This document shows, one piece after another, positions 59,348 through 64,000 of a DNA stretch of 64,000 nt. How positions within the stretch are numbered: position 1 is the first letter of the stretch; each line of letters begins with the position of its first letter. The stretch is from positions 44,516,001 to 44,580,000 of the forward strand of contig NC_090329.1 of NCBI RefSeq assembly GCF_035084215.1, given 5' to 3'. Made by a program: the position numbers and the translations under genes. The stretch comes from Heptranchias perlo. Its lineage: Eukaryota. The notes under the pieces were generated by a model. The model had not been told where the DNA came from. It saw only the letters and a program-made list of their open reading frames with translations, and searched no databases.

Positions 59348-59980
59348 CTAAAAGTCACTCTCACTGGATTTGGAGTCTGACTCGGTTAGCTCTGCTAGTT
59401 TCTCTATTCTAGCCCTTGCAACTCTCTTGACACTGAATATTGAAGGCACAGGCTTCCAAGCACTGCTCACCCAGTCATTCGCTTTAGCTACAGTGGCCTT
59501 CCTCATTCCACCACCTGCAGTGAAAGCTTGTTTCCGGATACCAGTTTTGAGAGCTCTATTTACCAGTATAATCAATCAGTTGAAGAAGTTTCATCACGGG
59601 CTCCTATTATAGATCACTTTTGAAACAGCTCAATTGGTGAGCTTTCATGCAGACCAGTGCTTCTCTGCTCTCTGCTGATGCCGCACTTCTCAACCCACTT
59701 TTCCACTCCCCAATCATGCAACCTTTGGCATTGTACTTGACAATGATGCTGGATAACCTTTCATGTGATAGTCTTGCATTTAAATTTAATCAGCAGATTC
59801 AACTTTTCACTGAGTTACTCGTGCCAGTACCATAGCAAAATTGGTCTGTTCCATGGCCTGATGTTACTGTTTTTCTGGTTAAATTATGTTCTTGGAGCAC
59901 CAGACTTCTCTGGAACTTCCTCCATGTTTCAAATGTTCTGGAAACAGACCCTTCCATGTCCATCATGCAAAGTCCTGAAA
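59348..59980 (-). mobile_element. Degenerate pogo-family (DDE_1, POGK/Tigger-like) transposase remnant
   Basis: KTVTSGHG, YNAKGCM..EW and LLQLID..VNRALK...FTAGGGMRKATVAKANDWVSSAWKPVP resemble pogo KTTGHEK, NxKGWM and LQPLDxxVNRxFK...WVxxAW. Contains stops and a frameshift. Confidence 0.7.
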
Positions 59981-60549
59981 GATACGGCCTTTACATGATG
60001 GTTAGTAACTGGCCAAATAAAAAATATTTTCTTTTGTCATAAAACTGCTTAATTATTTGCTGCTTGAACAATATTCCTGTTAAACATGCATTATGATACA
60101 ATACATGTTTAACAGGAAAACATTTATCACAAAAAGCACAAGAATAATGTTTTACTACAGTAAAAAGAATTAAAAAGCACAAAATACCTACATAAATTCA
60201 GGGAAAATTACATTTAGAAACTAAAGCCTTTCGTAGTTCTAACATTACCAATTTCAGGGAAACTTACTGCACATAGTTAAAATTCTGCTGTATGCAGAAT
60301 AACTCTGATGTAGGTTATTTGGGTCACCCAGATGACACATTTCAGAACTCTGCAGCATTTTACCTAAAAATAGATCAAGGATGTGAATTCAGTTTCTCCA
60401 ATGCCAAGGACTGGAGCAATGTCATATTTTCACAATGTTGTCTACTGAACACAGACCTAGTTCTTTCATACTTAATTTTCAAAAGTATGTTTAATTTTCT
60501 CTCTACTTTTGTAGTTTTACCCTCCTAGTGGCCAAACTAACTTGCTTAC

Positions 60550-60761
60550 GATTGCAGGTTAGTTTCAACAGCAGGTAGGAGAAAATAATAGCCCCCAAAA
60601 AACGTCTGCCACGAGTATCCTGCCCAACTCAAATCTTCCTGCTCCGAACTTCCATGCAGTTGAAGGAGGATTTGGAACAATTATCGGCACTGTGGCTCTT
60701 CTAACAGTACAAAATTGGCCAAATAATATATTTTGAAAAGGTAAACTGTAATTGTGAGCAC
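60550..60761 (-). pseudogene. Candidate pseudo-exon, 212 nt
   Basis: gcaatacag|VLTITVYLFKIYYLANFVLLEEPQCR*LFQILLQLHGSSEQEDLSWAGYSWQTFFGGYYFLLPAVETNLQ|gtaagc. Confidence 0.55.
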
Positions 60762-61001
60762 CTGTATTGCAATGTTTAAAGAAGGCACTGAGCCAGTTAG
60801 CTGCTCTAAGCATTATTTTAATCTTAAAACAGTAGGAAAGATTTAGGCAGATGTGAGGCATTGGGGTTTAATGGCAACCATGTCTTTCAGCTCATCACTA
60901 ATTGAATTATATCCACAGAAAAGATCAATGAGGTTGGAAAGCAAAGTCAAAAGCCACATCTTCTGCCACTGACTTTTACAAACCCAGCAAGTTCCGCTTA
61001 C

Positions 61002-61175
61002 GTCAGGTTTTGTGGAATCATGTTATTTACACTGGTAAGTGATAGCTGAACATTGATCCTTCTTTATGCAGTAATGAGATCGAAGAGATGATGTACAATG
61101 GCAGTATGTCAGAGAACTGCCGTTTCCAAGTCCAATAGAGGAGCCAGCAGTATCGTCTTCCCTTACTCAAATCAT
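61002..61175 (-). pseudogene. Candidate pseudo-exon, 174 nt
   Basis: gatctttcag|...KTILLAPLLDLETAVL*HTAIVHHLFDLITA*RRINVQLSLTSVNNMIPQNL|gtaagc. Confidence 0.55.
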
Positions 61176-62169
61176 CTGAAAGATCTTTAGCATCAGAGCA
61201 AAGGAAATGCAAGCAGAAAAAAGTTTCCAGATCAATTCATTTACAATAACTTTACATTTCTATAGTGCTCTTGTATGAAAAGACATCCTGAGGTGCTTCT
61301 CAGAAAAGTAAATGGAGGCTGAGCAGGAGGGGGAAACATGATAAAGACATTAAGAGTTGAAAGCCCAGCTGAAGAGGTGACTTTTTTTTTAAGGCTTTTG
61401 AAAGAAGGATGGCAAGGTGGTGGGATTGGGAAGTGAGTTTGAGAATGCAGGGATGTAACAGATGAAAGAGCAGCTGCCGATAGTGAAGTGAGAGTGAGGA
61501 GCGAAGGGTGCGTGTCAGGCTACAGATCACAAAGATAAGTACAGATGAGGGCAGCCATTTGGCCTATATAGCCTGCCCTTCCATAGAAACCGATGATGTC
61601 CCTTAACAGAATACTGAGGTAGGTGAGGGCCATGGAAATATTCGCAAGTGGGGATAAGAATCTTAAAAATCAATTCAATGGGGCATGGGGAGTCAATGGA
61701 GCTCATCACGGGCAGGAAGAATGCGACAGTGGTATTTTGTTCAGATGAGGAATTTTGAATGAGTTGTTAATTTGTGGAAGATAGAGGCCAGTTACGATAG
61801 TATTTGAGAAATGGTGATCCAGAGGTGAATGAAAGTTTCAGCAGTAGTGGAGGAGGTACAGCTGGAGGTAGACAATGTTACAATGGTGAAAGAAAGCAGT
61901 CTTGGCAACAGAATATATGTGGTGAAGGAAATTGAGCTTTGGTTCAATCGGGTATTTCAAAATGTTACACCTCTCAGATAAAGCTAAGATGGCAGCTCAG
62001 AAGGTTGACGAGGGTAAGGTATATGGGCGAAGGCTGACCTTTTATAGTCCTCGGGCAGAAATATGTTGACGATGTTCCAGAAATGCAACCAGGTTCACCA
62101 AAGGGTCCAGAAGATATGTTAGATGACCTCTAATAGATCATCCACCTATACAGGTGGATCCATTTAGCG

Positions 62170-62520
62170 GGTCATAGGAAAAGAATGCCATTCAGCCCTT
62201 CAAGCCTGTTCCACCATTCAGTTAGATAACAGCTGATATGTTCCTCAACTCCATTTAACTGCCATTGCTCGAATATCTCTTGACACCCTTACCCAACAAA
62301 AATCAATCTGAGCCCTGAAATTTTTAATTGAGCTAGTATTCAAAGCCTTTTGGGGAGTTCCAGATTTCCACTTTCCACTTTCCACTGAGTGAAAAAGTGC
62401 TTCCTGATTTCACTTATAAATGGCCTAGCTCTTAATTTAAGATTATGCCCTCTTGTGGATTCCCCCACCAGAGGAAATAGTTTTGCTATATCTACCCTAT
62501 CAAATCCCTTTATCATTTTA
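62170..62520 (-). mobile_element. CR1 3' fragment
   Basis: gccattcagcccttcaagcctg...gagttccagatt...ctaccctatcaaatcc. Confidence 0.8.
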
Positions 62521-62819
62521 ACTTGGAGGCAGGCAAGTGGAATGAAGGGGATGAGTCTGGTGTAGGAGCCAGGCAGGAGAGGCTTTATTTGGGGTGTGAT
62601 TTTAACTTAGAGTCGTGAGTGAGAGGTTGCAGAAGCAGGCAGGTTAAGTGGGCAATAAATGCCAGCAACGCCCACATCCCATGAACGAATAAAAAAAAGT
62701 GGAATGAAGGAGAGGAGTCATTTTGCACACCTGGATTTGATCACTCCTCAACCCTCTAAATTCAAGGGAATACAAACCAAGGAATATTGGTCGGGAATAC
62801 AAGTTACATCGAGAATGCA

Positions 62820-63515
62820 GCAAAGAAACAGGCCATTCAGCCCAACTGGTTTATGCTACATACAAGCCTCCTCCCTCCCTACTTTATTTAACCCTATCAG
62901 CATACCCTTCTATTCCTTTCTCCTTCTTACCTAGTGTCCCCTTAAATGCAGCTATGCTATTTGCCTCAACTACTCCTTGTGGCAGCACGTTTCACATTCT
63001 TACCACTCCTTGGATAAAGAAGTTGCTCCTCAATTCCCTGTTGGATTTATTAGTAACTATCTTTTATTGATGACCTCTAGTTTTGGACTCCCCCACAAGT
63101 GGAAACATTTTCTCTATGTCTACCCTATCAAACTCTTTCATTATCTAAGGTCACCCCTTAGCCTTCTCTTTTCTAGAGAAAAGGGCCCCAGCCTGTTTAG
63201 TCTTTCCTGATAAGTATACCCTCTCAGTTCTGGTGTCATCCTTGTGAATCGTTTTTGCATCTTCTCCAATGCCTCTATATCCTTTTTATAATATGGAGAC
63301 CATAACTGTGCACAGTACTCCAAGCGTAGCCTAACCAAGGTTCTATACAAGTTTAACATAACTTCTCTACTACAACTCTATCCCTCTAGGAAGGAACCCC
63401 AGTGCTTGGTTTGCCTTTTTTACGGCCTTATTAACCTGCATCGCTACTTTTACATCTGTGTATATGTACCCAGAGATCCCTTTGCTCCTCTACCCCATTT
63501 AGACCATTATCCAAG
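62820..63515 (-). mobile_element. CR1 LINE 3' end
   Basis: LYRTLVRLRLEYCAQLWSPYYKKDIEALEKMQKRFTRM...SLEKRRLRGDL. Confidence 0.93.
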
Positions 63516-63519
63516 CAAT

Positions 63520-64000
63520 ATAGAATCATAGAAAGGTTACAGCACAGGAGACGGCCATTCGGCCCATCAAGTCCTTGTTGGCTCTATACAAGAACAATCC
63601 AGCTAGTCCCACTCCCCCGCCCTATCCCCATAGTCCTGCAATTTTTTTCCTTTCAAGTACTTAACCAGTTGCCTTTTGAAGGCCATGCCCACAAGTTTTT
63701 GTTCATTCTAGAATTCTAATGGCCAGACTGAATATTCAAAGGCTATAGTTCATGGGTATTTTTAAGGTGATTAGCAAAAGAACCAAAGGCGACATGAAGA
63801 AAAACTTTGGTGGTGGATGCAGACTCAATCGCGGCTTTCAAAAAGAAGTTGGTAAATACCTGAAGAGAAAAAATTTGCAGGGCTACGGGGGAAGAGCGGG
63901 GGAATGGGACTAACTGGATTGCTCTTACAAAGAGCCGGCACGGGCTCGATGGGGCGAATGGCCTCTTTCTGTGCTGTAATAATTCTATGATTCTATGATT
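63520..64000. mobile_element. Two short CR1 3' ends in opposite orientation (63520-63685 minus, 63750-64000 plus)
   Basis: atagaatcatagaa tail at the left and ttctatgattctatgatt tail at the window end. Confidence 0.85.

Larger units (their letters stand above)
6480..61175 (-). pseudogene. Large unidentified spliced pseudogene, about 30 candidate exons
   Basis: Series of AG/GT-bounded, protein-like segments, many joining in phase, with scattered stops and some frameshifts. Individual candidate exons are listed below. Both ends are approximate and the identity is not recognised. Confidence 0.7.

Noticed and set aside
6480-61175. Naming the pseudogene (considered GREB1-like, SPIDR, TOPAZ1, FBXO47, HELB)
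   Set aside because: None of the reconstructed peptides matched these proteins as I recall them; no symbol can be given without a database search.
1-64000. Prokaryote-style systems (operons, CRISPR array, defence islands)
   Set aside because: The sequence is intron- and retroposon-rich vertebrate DNA with no repeat-spacer array or gene-dense region.

Overview
AT-rich vertebrate genomic DNA. The repeat content (CR1 and L2 LINEs, Deu-domain SINEs, LF-SINE-like elements, Penelope ends with hammerhead motifs, Harbinger and pogo remnants) points to a cartilaginous fish; that is inference. The only recognisable functional gene is CYRIA/FAM49A on the minus strand. It is represented by two tandem alternative first coding exons: [23 protein letters not shown] at 3268-3337 and [24 protein letters not shown] at 2977-3049. 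The rest of that gene runs off the left edge. Upstream on the same strand (about 6.5-61 kb) I read roughly 30 segments bounded by splice sites. Many join in a consistent reading phase but carry in-frame stops, so they look like a large decayed spliced gene that I cannot name, probably nested in a 5' intron of CYRIA. Structural oddities include: a ~172-bp inverted repeat clamping one of these exons; an 813-bp Penelope fold-back with hammerhead motifs inserted in a dead Harbinger transposase; a Harbinger Myb/SANT element inserted at the cleavage triplet of another hammerhead; and several perfect or near-perfect hairpins. Most entries in the supplied ORF track are LINE fragments, their antisense frames, or chance ORFs. 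All translations and alignments were done by eye, and repeat boundaries are approximate.
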